Part shown: positions 9,599 to 19,063 of the stretch, one piece after another
How positions within the stretch are numbered: position 1 is the stretch's first letter
Layout: each line of letters opens with the position of its first letter
Assembly: GCA_965207225.1 (NCBI GenBank)
Contig: CBDBLV010000005.1
Location: forward strand, 96,001 to 160,000
Direction: 5' to 3'
DNA length: 64,000 nucleotides
Source: Dehalococcoidia bacterium
GTDB lineage: Bacteria > Chloroflexota > Dehalococcoidia > Plut-88900
Translations under genes and position numbers: made by a program
The notes under the pieces: model-generated
The model's input: the letters and a program-made list of their open reading frames with translations, nothing else
What the model was told of the DNA's origin: nothing
The model's database searches: none

Positions 9599-9662
9599 GA
9601 GCAAATGTCCCATTTTTGGGGGGAGATGACGGGGTTGGCGGGGAGGGCGGGGAGGTTGCAGG

Positions 9663-10037
9663 TTAGCAGGTTCCGTTGGTGCGATGCCTGCCGAGCGCGT
9701 TTATCAATTCCTCCGCGCCACTGAGACCCGCATCGACCATCTCCCTTGTCCAACCGCCTTCGTAGAAGTTCTGGTGCAATCCCTGCACCAAGCCCAGCAG
9801 CTCGACGTAGCGCGATGCAGGGGGAGGGTTGCCGAGGATCAGCGCGGCATTCCTAAGAACCTTGCCGTGATGGTTGTGTTCCCACCCGCGCTCCTCCGAT
9901 ATGGCCTTGATATAGTGCGCAACGGCACCCCATGCCTTTTCAGAGGACTGAGCCAGGTCACCGCGATTGAACTCTTCCCGCGCCTGGGACAGGAACCTGC
10001 GGCTGGTCTCTTCGTGGTATTCGGTGGTGGTGACCAT
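9663..10037 (-). CDS. PaREP1/HEPN-like protein
   Basis: AREEFNRGDLAQSSEKAWGA and LHQNFYE motifs. Confidence 0.7.
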   Translation of the reverse strand: MVTTTEYHEETSRRFLSQAREEFNRGDLAQSSEKAWGAVAHYIKAISEERGWEHNHHGKVLRNAALILGNPPPASRYVELLGLVQGLHQNFYEGGWTREMVDAGLSGAEELINALGRHRTNGTC

Positions 10038-10203
10038 ATTCGGACTCTTCTGCATCTCTGGGTTATGGGATGTGATACACATTATAGCCTACGCTTGCTA
10101 GTCAAGCTCTGGCCGAGGGGTTTGCGAGCCGGGCGGGGTCCGATAGGATGTGGGACCATTTTTTGACCGGCCTCGGAGGACGGGGCTGGGGAGGGAGTAG
10201 TCA

Positions 10204-10497
10204 ATGGGGCTGGATGTCTGGGTGGTGAAGATGGAGCATGTGGATTCGCCGACGGGGTTGCTGAAAGACTTCCTGTTTGACTTAACAGAAAATCTCGATT
10301 GGGGCTATGAGGGGTGGGGTGGGGGATGGGAGGGGAACGCCTTTATTGAAGTATTGAAAGAGGACTTGGGAGGTAGAGCGTGGGACTATGCGTCAGAGAA
10401 GCGGCTTTCGCAGGAAGACAGGACATATCTGCTGTCGTGGGTTGAAAACCTGCCCTGGAACCCGGGAGACGATCTTACGCTGACGTTGAATTGGTGA
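10204..10497 (+). CDS. Hypothetical protein
   Basis: GGGAG RBS before ATG; acidic 97-aa ORF. Confidence 0.6.
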   Translation: MGLDVWVVKMEHVDSPTGLLKDFLFDLTENLDWGYEGWGGGWEGNAFIEVLKEDLGGRAWDYASEKRLSQEDRTYLLSWVENLPWNPGDDLTLTLNW

Positions 10498-10585
10498 GGG
10501 TTGAATCGTTCATTACATTGAAGGTGTGCTGTACCACATGCCTTAGTGCCGGTGAGAAGTCAAAAAGCATAGGGAGGGAAACTCC

Positions 10586-11620
10586 GTGGAAATTAGCCCA
10601 CATGATTATTTGGTGAATGAACTTGGGCGCAAATATCCATTGCCGCCTCGCACCTGCGTGTATTGTGAAATGACCATTGCGTTTCCTGAGGGGAATGCGG
10701 CAACTGAAAGATCGGTTGACTCTTTTCGACCCGATATCTCAATACGAAGCCAAGGTAATCTGATCGCGGTAATCGAAGTCATCGACAAGCATCCACCTGA
10801 TGAAGCTAAACTGTCGGCCCAGGAGAAGCTTCCCGACGCCTATTATTTCCATGTAAATGGGCATTTCTGGTGCACTCCTTGGTGTTGGAAGAACCAAGAC
10901 AATCCTCGCCTCTGCCCGATGCCGGTCTGTGAAGCCTGTGGCACATTAATCTACACTGTAGGATTTGGGACTCACGGTTTGGTGGATTGGGAGAGTCCAG
11001 GCGGAGAGTTGTGTCTCGAATGTGCCGCTCGAATATCCGACGGCCAGTGGAGAAGTCCCGGCGAATTAGCCTTAGGGGACCCAGAAGACAGGTTGCCAGA
11101 TTCAGATGCAACACCGGTTGAACTTTTCTTGTCATTTTCTGATGCTGATTTCTGGGCAATGGTCTGGACTAAACGCACCGCGACCTTGACACAAGCACGG
11201 ACGCCTGAAACTGAAACAGCCGCTAGATTGGATTTGGTGGAAGCGGCGTTCGAAAGTGGTGACTGGAACAGCGGGCAAAGGCTACTTCAGCCCATTGGTG
11301 CACCTGCCTGGGACAGGTCGGCTGAGGGCCCAATCTTGTTTGCCTGGGAACATGAAAATTGCGTGCGGACAGCGATGGCTTGGCGTAAGTTACGTGCATA
11401 CAGATTGCAATGTCTCCCGATGTCCATTCAAGTTTGCATTCGGTCACGACCTGCACTAGACAATGTAGTGACAGAGGTTGGACAAATCGTTATCACACAT
11501 AGGGGCTTCCCCGATGGGAGATACACAGCCTGTGGAATAGATCGGCAAAGAAACCGCGGTTTCTTAAGAACTTCCATGGATGGAGAGCCGACATGTCCCG
11601 AATGTAGACTCTTGAGTTGA
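10586..11620 (+). CDS. Hypothetical Cys-rich protein with a putative PD-(D/E)XK (CoiA-like) motif
   Basis: RPDISI...IEVIDKH motif and several CxxC pairs; lower GC. Confidence 0.55.
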   Translation: MEISPHDYLVNELGRKYPLPPRTCVYCEMTIAFPEGNAATERSVDSFRPDISIRSQGNLIAVIEVIDKHPPDEAKLSAQEKLPDAYYFHVNGHFWCTPWCWKNQDNPRLCPMPVCEACGTLIYTVGFGTHGLVDWESPGGELCLECAARISDGQWRSPGELALGDPEDRLPDSDATPVELFLSFSDADFWAMVWTKRTATLTQARTPETETAARLDLVEAAFESGDWNSGQRLLQPIGAPAWDRSAEGPILFAWEHENCVRTAMAWRKLRAYRLQCLPMSIQVCIRSRPALDNVVTEVGQIVITHRGFPDGRYTACGIDRQRNRGFLRTSMDGEPTCPECRLLS

Positions 11621-11913
11621 GAATTGAGGGCTGCTAATTCCAAGAGCTACTGACGGTCATTGGCAACTAACTCACCCACCCCAACCATATAAGTTAACAT
11701 GGAGGCCCTGCTATCCTCCGTACATGATCACGCAGTGATTCGTTGATGTCCGCTAGAAACCCCTTCCCCTTGCGAGCGTTGGCCTTGAATCAGGCTATGA
11801 TGTCAGCATCCCGCTTCACTGTAATCCGCCGCTTCACAGGCAGGTAGAAGACACCTAGCCGGAAGTTGGGGATGGTGGGGAGAGGCGTTACAGTCCATCA
11901 CGCGCCACCCCCA

Positions 11914-11947
11914 GGGATGGATTCCCGACCCCGTTCGGGAATGACGG
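11914..11947. repeat. REP-like palindrome
   Basis: GGATTCCCGA...TCGGGAATGAC; same family as the 8733 and 8818 units. Confidence 0.7.
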
Positions 11948-12026
11948 ATGGAGGTGGGTGGGGGCGATGGGAGGGGGAGGATGGATTCGGGGTCGGGGGG
12001 GTGATGGGAGGGAGAGGGGTGGGGGG

Positions 12027-12233
12027 CTAGACGAATAGTTTGACCAGGATTCCGACCATGCCGGCAATGAGCGCTGCACCGAAGCCGAACATGGTGAAGA
12101 TTACTCGGTCAAGCCGATGTTCGAGGCTGCTGAATCTTTGCTCCAGGTTGCCGACCCGGGTGTCGAGACTCGCCACTCTGCCTTCAAGCTGGCCAAGGGT
12201 GCGGGATATGTCTTCAGCGCTGGCGGTGGTCAT
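12027..12233 (-). CDS. Small coiled-coil protein with C-terminal TM helix
   Basis: Heptad stretch LEGRVASLDTRVGNLEQRFSSLEHRL followed by a hydrophobic tail. Confidence 0.6.
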   Translation of the reverse strand: MTTASAEDISRTLGQLEGRVASLDTRVGNLEQRFSSLEHRLDRVIFTMFGFGAALIAGMVGILVKLFV

Positions 12234-12309
12234 TGGTTCAAATTCTCGCGCCTAAGCCTGAACGTCCGGGGGTGTTTACGGTCCAGGAATGGGAGGCGTT
12301 GCGACCCAA

Positions 12310-12765
12310 TCAATCGTCTATCGCTCGCAACATCTTTTCGTAGGCGGCTATGACGCGGGCATCCTCGCCGTTTCGTTGGGCTTCTTCGAGGGCGGATTCC
12401 AAATCGGTGCGCATCTCGGCACGGGCCTCGGCGCGGCCCTCGGCCAACCGCTTTTCTCGCAGGTGTCGTAAATATCTCTCAGCTAATACCATAATGCGAC
12501 TCCATATAAAGCTCAGGCTAACGACCATTATATCCGCAACTATCATGGCTATGACCGCCGAGCCGATGGCTATTGACCCGGCGTGGTCGAAGGTGGCCGT
12601 TATCAGGTTAAGGGTGGATTTTCCGTTACCCCCTTCCACTACTTCGTAGGAAGCCACAAGCCCCATGCCGGTTAGGAACAGGGCGAAGAAGGCAAGGAAG
12701 TACCATTTCTTGGCTTCCTGAGTTACTGTCCAGATGGACTCTCGGTAATTATTTTGTGGAGACAC
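12310..12765 (-). CDS. Hypothetical membrane protein
   Basis: Two TM segments followed by an EGRAE-type helical tail. Confidence 0.55.
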   Translation of the reverse strand: MSPQNNYRESIWTVTQEAKKWYFLAFFALFLTGMGLVASYEVVEGGNGKSTLNLITATFDHAGSIAIGSAVIAMIVADIMVVSLSFIWSRIMVLAERYLRHLREKRLAEGRAEARAEMRTDLESALEEAQRNGEDARVIAAYEKMLRAIDD

Positions 12766-12903
12766 TCAGCCATCCCCCCCGGATATGCCGATGGGGGCGC
12801 ATGTCTTGGATATAGTAGACAGGGCATCCTGTGTCATGTAGTGCACTATACCCTATAATACAGGAGTGTGCCATCAAGAGAACAGGCCGAGTTTTCTTCT
12901 CCC

Positions 12904-14532
12904 TTAAAAGCCGCGGTAGTGGTTGACTATGGGCATGCGGCGGTCCCGTCCGAAGTTTCTCGGGGTGATCTTTACGCCGGGGGCGGCCTGGCGACGTTTG
13001 TATTCGTTGCGGTCGACGGTCTTGATGACACGCTTGACCATGTCCTCGTCGAAGCCCATGTTGACGATTTCGGCGAGGGACCTGTCCTGCTCGACGTAGG
13101 CCTCCAGGACGGGGTCGAGGATGTCGTAGGGGGGCAGGGAGTCGGTGTCCTTCTGGTCGGGGCGTAACTCGGCGCTGGGGGGTTTGTCGAGGACGCTCTG
13201 GGGGATGACGGGGGCCGGGCCCCGGGCGTTGCGGGTCTCGGCGAGCTGGTAGACCAGGACCTTGGGCACGTCCTTGATAACGGCGAAGCCGCCGGCCATG
13301 TCGCCGTAGAGGGTGCCGTAGCCCATGGCCATCTCGCTCTTGTTGCCGGTAGTGAGCACCAGCCAGCCGAACTTGTTGGAGATGGCCATGAGGAGGATGC
13401 CCCTCATGCGGGCCTGGAGGTTTTCCTCGGCGATGCCGGAGCCTGTGCCAGCGAAGTGGGGCGCGAGGGAGTCGAGGCTGGACTGGAACATGTCCTCGAT
13501 GGTGATGTTCCAAAGCTCGATGCCGAGGTTTCTGGCGAGGATGTCGGAGTCGGCGACGGAGCCCTCCGAGGAGTAACGGGAGGGCATGGTCACGACGGTC
13601 ACGTTCTCGGGGCCGAGGGCGTCGGCGGCGACGGTAGCGGTGAGGGTGGAGTCGATGCCGCCGGAGAGGCCGATGACGACCTTACTGAAGCCGTTCTTGC
13701 GCACGTAGTCCCGGGTGCCGATGGTGAGGGCCTGGTAGACCTCCTCTAGGTCGGGGAGGGGGTCAGGGAGGAGAGGGGCGGGAGGGTGGGAGAGGTCGGG
13801 GTCGATGTCGATAACCAGTAGGTCTTCGTCGAACTGCTTGCCTCGGGCGAGGACGGCCCCCGAGGGTGAGAAGACACAGCTGCCGCCGTCGAATACTAGC
13901 TCGTCCTGACCGCCTACCATGTTGGCGTAGCAGACGTAGACGCCGTTGTCTCGGGCGCGGTCGGCGAGCATTTCCTCCCGTTCACGGCCCTTGCCCCGGT
14001 GGTAGGGCGAGCCGTTGATGTTCATGATGACCCGGGCGCCGGCCGAGGCCTGGAGGTTGGTCGGGCCATGCTCGAACCAGATGTCCTCGCAGACGTTGAC
14101 GCCCACGGGGGTGTCGTTTATTTGGAAGACGGGGGAGTCGGTGCCGGGGAGGAAATAGCGCTTTTCATCGAAGACGCCGTAGTTGGGGAGGTGGACCTTG
14201 TGGTAGATGCCGAGGAGGCGTCGATCCCGGATGACGGCGGCGGAGTTGAAGAGGCCGCCCTGGTCGTCCGAGTCGACGAACCCGACTACGACCGCTATGC
14301 CCTGGGAATGGTCGATGATCCGGTCTAGGCAGGCGCGGTTCTCGGCGATGAGGTGTGGCTTGTAGAGCAGGTCCTCGGGGGGGTAGCCGGTGATGGTGAG
14401 CTCGGGGAAGGCGACGAGGTGGGCGCCGCGGGCTCGGGCTTGGTCGATGTAGTCGAGGACCTTGGCCGTGTTGCCCCGCAAATCGCCGACGGTGGTGTTG
14501 ATCTGGGCGAGGGCTGCTCGGAGTTTCGTCAT
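12904..14532 (-). CDS. nadE: Glutamine-dependent NAD+ synthetase
   Basis: Nitrilase domain (FPEL, YHK, VCEDIW) plus SGGIDS, TGNKSE and PPSAELRPDQKD. Confidence 0.95.
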   Translation of the reverse strand: MTKLRAALAQINTTVGDLRGNTAKVLDYIDQARARGAHLVAFPELTITGYPPEDLLYKPHLIAENRACLDRIIDHSQGIAVVVGFVDSDDQGGLFNSAAVIRDRRLLGIYHKVHLPNYGVFDEKRYFLPGTDSPVFQINDTPVGVNVCEDIWFEHGPTNLQASAGARVIMNINGSPYHRGKGREREEMLADRARDNGVYVCYANMVGGQDELVFDGGSCVFSPSGAVLARGKQFDEDLLVIDIDPDLSHPPAPLLPDPLPDLEEVYQALTIGTRDYVRKNGFSKVVIGLSGGIDSTLTATVAADALGPENVTVVTMPSRYSSEGSVADSDILARNLGIELWNITIEDMFQSSLDSLAPHFAGTGSGIAEENLQARMRGILLMAISNKFGWLVLTTGNKSEMAMGYGTLYGDMAGGFAVIKDVPKVLVYQLAETRNARGPAPVIPQSVLDKPPSAELRPDQKDTDSLPPYDILDPVLEAYVEQDRSLAEIVNMGFDEDMVKRVIKTVDRNEYKRRQAAPGVKITPRNFGRDRRMPIVNHYRGF

Positions 14533-14593
14533 GGCGCAACGGGGCGGGTCGGGCGTCCGTTGGCAGTAGAGTATAGCACGGGGGTGGGGGAGC

Positions 14594-15862
14594 TCAGGTG
14601 AGGAGGTTTGCCACCTCCCTCATCCCCACCTCTTCCTGGGTGCGGTCAGACATGTTGCGGAGGGTGACTGTTCCGGACTCAGCTTCTCTTTCGCCGATGA
14701 TGGCGGTGTAGGGGACACCCAAGCTTCCGGCCTGGCGGAGCTGGGCCTTGAGGCTCTTGGAGGCGGGCCCGAGCATGTTCGTTACGCCCGACCTGACCAG
14801 CTCTGCGGAAAGGACGACGGCCCGCTGACGGGCTTTTTCGCCGACGTAGGCTACGAAGACAGTCGGGATGGGGGAGTCGGGGGGGTGGATGGACTGGCGT
14901 TCCAAGTTGAGGATGATGCGCTCGATGCCCATAGCAAAGCCGACGCCGGGGGTCGGGTTCCCGCCGATCTCCTGTATCAGGCCGTCGTAGCGGCCGCCTC
15001 CTCCGAGGGCGTTCTGGGCGCCTTCCTCGGTGGTCTGTACCTCAAAGACAGTGCGGGTGTAGTAGTCGAGGCCACGGACGAGTCGGTGGTCGAGGGCGAA
15101 GGGAACGCCCATGCCCTCCAGGAAGCCTACAAGGTCGGCGAAGTGGGACTCGCAGTCGGGGCAGAGGTGGTCTCGGCTGCGGGGTGCGTCCTCAATGAAG
15201 GGCTGGCACGGGGCATTCTTGCAGTCGAGGAGTCGGAGGGGGGCGCGATCGAGTCGGGCGGTGCAGTCGCGGCAGAGGCTTTCGACGTGGCCGCCGTAAT
15301 AGGACTTCAGGGCCTGCACGTAGGCTGGTCGGCAGGCCGGGTCGCCGATGCTGTTCAGCTGAAGGGTGAGGTCTTGCAGGCCGAGCTCCACAAAGACCTG
15401 CCAGCAGAGGCCGAGGATCTCGGCGTCAACGGTGGCGTCGGGGTCACCTATGGCCTCGACATTGAGCTGGTGGAACTGGCGGAGCCGGCCGGACTGAGGC
15501 CTGGAGTAGCGGAACATGGGGGCCATGACGGTGTAGAGGCGGACGGGCTGGGGCCGGGCGTGGAGCCCATGCTGGAGGTAGGCCCGGCAGACCGCGGCAG
15601 TGGCCTCGGGGCGGAGGGCGAGGGTGTCGCCGCCCGACTTGTCGGGGATGAGGTACATCTCCTTCTCGACGATGTCGGTGACCTCACCGACACCCCTGAC
15701 GAAGAGGTTGTAATCCTCGAAGATGGGGGTGTCGATCTGGCCGTAAGAGTAGCGCTCGCAGACGGAGACCATGGTGTCGCGGACGCTGCACCAGCGGGGC
15801 TGGGCGTCGGGAAGGATGTCTTCGGCGCCGCGGACGGAGCGATAGCGGGTCTGCCTGGGCAA
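14594..15862 (-). CDS. hisS: Histidine--tRNA ligase
   Basis: LRPEATA, RPQSGRLRQFHQ, RGLDYY, GGRYDGL, GFAMGIER. Confidence 0.97.
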   Translation of the reverse strand: MPRQTRYRSVRGAEDILPDAQPRWCSVRDTMVSVCERYSYGQIDTPIFEDYNLFVRGVGEVTDIVEKEMYLIPDKSGGDTLALRPEATAAVCRAYLQHGLHARPQPVRLYTVMAPMFRYSRPQSGRLRQFHQLNVEAIGDPDATVDAEILGLCWQVFVELGLQDLTLQLNSIGDPACRPAYVQALKSYYGGHVESLCRDCTARLDRAPLRLLDCKNAPCQPFIEDAPRSRDHLCPDCESHFADLVGFLEGMGVPFALDHRLVRGLDYYTRTVFEVQTTEEGAQNALGGGGRYDGLIQEIGGNPTPGVGFAMGIERIILNLERQSIHPPDSPIPTVFVAYVGEKARQRAVVLSAELVRSGVTNMLGPASKSLKAQLRQAGSLGVPYTAIIGEREAESGTVTLRNMSDRTQEEVGMREVANLLT

Positions 15863-15926
15863 GGTCGGTCTCCTATGGGTCGGGGTGAAGGATAGCGCGG
15901 AGGGGGGAGGGGGGCAAATGGGGGTG
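15846..15926 (-). repeat. hisS promoter + RBS + first codons (direct repeat, copy 1)
   Basis: Near-identical to 16660-16741; TTGCCC...TATCCT, AGGAGA, TTG. Confidence 0.85.
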
Positions 15927-16017
15927 GGGGAGGGGGGTGGGGTTATTGCCGCTCGGGAAGCCGATCAGTGGGCAGTTGTTGGGGAAAGTATGACGTCGGG
16001 GCACATTGCAGTTGCAT

Positions 16018-16620
16018 TTACCAGGGCTGGCGGCCCATATAGCCGAGCATTTTTTCCTGCAGGCCGGCAGTGTCAGGCACCGGGACTTCCGGGCCGATAA
16101 AACCGCCGTTTCGCCCCATTTCGGCAAAGCCGGACCTGAGCATCGGGTAGACCACAGCGACCAAGCCTGGGTCCAAGGTTGAATCCTGCCCCGTGGCTTT
16201 GGCCAAGTCCCAGGTGTGAATGAACTGGTCTGTCGCAATAGCCATCAGAAATTGTGCCATGGGCATGTCGCCAAACCTGGTGGGGACCACCCGTTCGAGT
16301 GCCCCGGGTCGCCCAGCAGCAGCAAGAACCGCATCGGACTCTGTCTGGTAGGCCTTAGAGAGTTTATCGGCGTCGATTTCAGCGATATAGGAGCTTTCAG
16401 TAGTTCCCGGGGCAAATTCAAAAGCATTGCCAAGCAACCCGGCAGTAGTAAGCTCGGCGCCGCCGATGAGATGGTTGATCACGGCGTGTACGTTCCATTC
16501 AGTGCAAGGAGTCGGAGCGTCTATCTGTTCCTGCTTTATGTGGGCCACCACCTCTTTTGCACGATCAATCGATAGTTGGTATAGGTCAACCGGGTCTGGC
16601 ATCGCCGCTTCTTGAGTCAT
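16018..16620 (-). CDS. TIGR03086/MDMPI-family (DinB-like) metal-binding protein
   Basis: PTPCTEWNVHAVINHL and IHTWDLAKATGQ motifs; GAGGAG RBS. Confidence 0.85.
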   Translation of the reverse strand: MTQEAAMPDPVDLYQLSIDRAKEVVAHIKQEQIDAPTPCTEWNVHAVINHLIGGAELTTAGLLGNAFEFAPGTTESSYIAEIDADKLSKAYQTESDAVLAAAGRPGALERVVPTRFGDMPMAQFLMAIATDQFIHTWDLAKATGQDSTLDPGLVAVVYPMLRSGFAEMGRNGGFIGPEVPVPDTAGLQEKMLGYMGRQPW

Positions 16621-16659
16621 AACTCCTCTTATTCCTGTGATGTGAACTTGCCGAAATGC

Positions 16660-16741
16660 CGGGTCTGCCTGGACAAGGCGGTCTCCTATGGGTCGGGGGT
16701 GAAGGATAGCGCGGAGGGGGGAGGGGGGCAAATGGGGGGTG
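16660..16741 (-). repeat. Duplicated hisS promoter/5' end (direct repeat, copy 2)
   Basis: Near-identical to 15846-15926. Confidence 0.85.
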
Positions 16742-16764
16742 AAGGAAGGGAGGGGCGGATGGGA

Positions 16765-16977
16765 TCATGATCCCAGAAACTCTTTCCAGTCCAGACCCAA
16801 CTGTCTGATTGCCGAGCGCAGGGTCCCGATTTTCAAATCACGACTGCCCCAGTCCGGCAATGGAACGCTTTTTCGCGTTTGAGGGTTGAACCACCTTCTA
16901 TGGGACCCTCCGCTTCGCGTCGGAATCTCGTAACAACCCAACTCTGTGAGCTTGCGTGCGGCTTCCCGGTACCTCAC
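16765..16977 (-). CDS. hicA: HicA toxin
   Basis: 70 aa; GGSHRRW, DLKIGTLRSAIRQLGL; GTGA overlap with hicB. Confidence 0.85.
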   Translation of the reverse strand: MRYREAARKLTELGCYEIPTRSGGSHRRWFNPQTRKSVPLPDWGSRDLKIGTLRSAIRQLGLDWKEFLGS

Positions 16978-17219
16978 CTCACGGAGACGAAAGCCTCAAC
17001 GGACACCGAGCCGGCGGCATCGTCCACGTAGATGCTCGGCGGCAATGGGCGCCCCTCGTCCTCATAGATCTCCATCACCACGGCAAAGGCGTCCTCGACA
17101 TTGACCAGGCACTCCGAGATGGTGTCTCCCTCGGTTATCAACTCCGGCAGCAATGGAGAGGTAACGGTGTAGCCCCCTTCTGGCTGAGGCTCCAGAACCA
17201 AGGGTATCCTTGCTAACAT
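16974..17219 (-). CDS. hicB: HicB antitoxin (short form)
   Basis: EGGYTVTSPLLPELITEGDTISECL motif. Confidence 0.85.
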   Translation of the reverse strand: MLARIPLVLEPQPEGGYTVTSPLLPELITEGDTISECLVNVEDAFAVVMEIYEDEGRPLPPSIYVDDAAGSVSVEAFVSVR

Positions 17220-17322
17220 GCGCTCTCGTCAACCACCTTTCACAAGGCACTATAAGACAGTAGCCATGCTACCACCAACGCGGATGAACCAGCAAAGAAA
17301 GCGGCCACAATCGGGCGTAAAA

Positions 17323-17351
17323 TTGCCCCACCCCACCCCCCGTGCTAGAAT
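17323..17351 (+). promoter_or_regulatory. metG promoter
   Basis: TTGCCC-N17-TAGAAT with TG extension. Confidence 0.6.
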
Positions 17352-17378
17352 CCTTCAGCTTAGCCGGGGGCTTGCCCA

Positions 17379-19049
17379 TTGTCCGAACGCATTCTAGTCG
17401 CAGTCGCCTGGCCCTATGCCAACGGGCCTCTGCACCTGGGCCACCTGGCCGGGGCCTACCTCCCCGCCGACATCTTCGCCCGATACCATCGCGCCAAGGG
17501 GAACGAGGTGATCATGGTGTCGGGGTCCGACCAGCACGGCACGCCCATAACCCTCCGCGCCGAGAAGGAAGGCGTCTCGCCGCAGGTGGTGGTGGACCGG
17601 TTCCAGGCCCTGTTCCTGGAGTCCTGGGACCGGATGGGCATCTCCTTCGACCTGTTCACTACCACGGGCACCGACAACCATCGCGAGGTCGTCCAGGACA
17701 TCTTCCTGAAGCTGCTTTCCATGGACTACATCTACAAGGGCGACATGATGCTGCCGCACTGCGAGAGCTGCGGCCGCTACCTGCCCGACCGCTATGTCGA
17801 AGGGACCTGCCCTCATTGCGGGAACGCCGGGGCCCGGGGCGACCAGTGCGACAACTGCGGCAAGCCCCTGAATCCGACAGACCTGCTGGACCTGAGGTGT
17901 CGGGTGTGCGGGTCTGCCCCGGAGATCAAGCGCTCCGAGCACTACTTCCTGAAGCTAAGCGCCTTCCAGGACCAGCTGATCGAGTGGGTGGAGAAGCAGG
18001 ACCACTGGCGCCCCAACGTCCAGAACTTCACGCTGCAGATGCTGAAGGACGGGTTGCATGACAGGGCCATCACCCGGGACATCGATTGGGGGATACCGAT
18101 TCCCCTGCCGGACGTCGAGGACAAGCGGATATACGTCTGGTTCGAGGCTGTGATTGGATACCTGTCGGCGAGTATTGAGTGGGCCAAGAACAACGGGACG
18201 CCGGAGAAGTGGCGGGACTTCTGGGGAGACGGGGCGAAGGGGTACTACTTCATCGGGAAGGACAACATCCCGTTCCACACCATCATCTGGCCGGCGATCC
18301 TGCTCGGGTACGGGGGCAGGGCCATTCCCTACGACGTGCCCGCCAACGAGTTCCTGAACATCGACGGGCAGCAGCTTTCCACCAGCCGGAACTGGGCGGT
18401 GTGGCTGCACGACTACCTGGATAACTTCCCTCCCGACCTGATCCGCTACTATTTGTCCGCCAACATGCCCGACACGTCGGACTCCGACTTCACTTGGGGC
18501 GAGTTCGTGCGGAGGAACAACGGCGAACTGGTCGGGACGTACGGGAACCTGGTGCATAGGGTGCTCACCATGAGTTACCGCAACTTCGAGGGTCGGGTGC
18601 CGACGCCCGGGCCTCTATCCGATGATGAAAACGAGATGCTGGAGAAGATCAGGCAGACTTTCGAAGAGGTGGACGGGCTGATGTACCGGTGCCGGTTTAA
18701 AGAGGCGGTCAGGCAGGCGATGGGGCTGGCCCAGGAGGGGAACCGCTACCTGGACAGGAAAGCGCCCTGGAAGCAGGTCAAGGAGGACAGGGACGCCGCG
18801 GCCACGACGCTGTGGTGCGCCCTTTCCATAGTGGAAGGCCTGAAGACCATGCTTTACCCGTTCCTGCCCTTCAGCTCGCGCAAGCTGCACGGGTATCTCG
18901 GGCTTGGGGAGCTGGACGAAGGGGCCGAGTGGAAGGTCGGGGCGCCGGTGGAAGGTCGGGAGCTGCAGAAGCCGTCGCCGCTGTTTGCGAAGCTGGAGGA
19001 CGAGGTGGCCGAGGCCGAGACCGCCAGGCTCGGGCAGGCGTCGGGCTGA
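17379..19049 (+). CDS. metG: Methionine--tRNA ligase
   Basis: PYANGPLHLGH, Zn knuckles, YVWFEA, GKDNIPFH; no C-terminal tRNA-binding domain. Confidence 0.97.
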   Translation: MSERILVAVAWPYANGPLHLGHLAGAYLPADIFARYHRAKGNEVIMVSGSDQHGTPITLRAEKEGVSPQVVVDRFQALFLESWDRMGISFDLFTTTGTDNHREVVQDIFLKLLSMDYIYKGDMMLPHCESCGRYLPDRYVEGTCPHCGNAGARGDQCDNCGKPLNPTDLLDLRCRVCGSAPEIKRSEHYFLKLSAFQDQLIEWVEKQDHWRPNVQNFTLQMLKDGLHDRAITRDIDWGIPIPLPDVEDKRIYVWFEAVIGYLSASIEWAKNNGTPEKWRDFWGDGAKGYYFIGKDNIPFHTIIWPAILLGYGGRAIPYDVPANEFLNIDGQQLSTSRNWAVWLHDYLDNFPPDLIRYYLSANMPDTSDSDFTWGEFVRRNNGELVGTYGNLVHRVLTMSYRNFEGRVPTPGPLSDDENEMLEKIRQTFEEVDGLMYRCRFKEAVRQAMGLAQEGNRYLDRKAPWKQVKEDRDAAATTLWCALSIVEGLKTMLYPFLPFSSRKLHGYLGLGELDEGAEWKVGAPVEGRELQKPSPLFAKLEDEVAEAETARLGQASG

Positions 19050-19063
19050 GGGAAGCGCCTCCG

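Noticed and set aside
14885-15895. 336-aa plus-strand ORF
   Set aside because: Antisense shadow of hisS.
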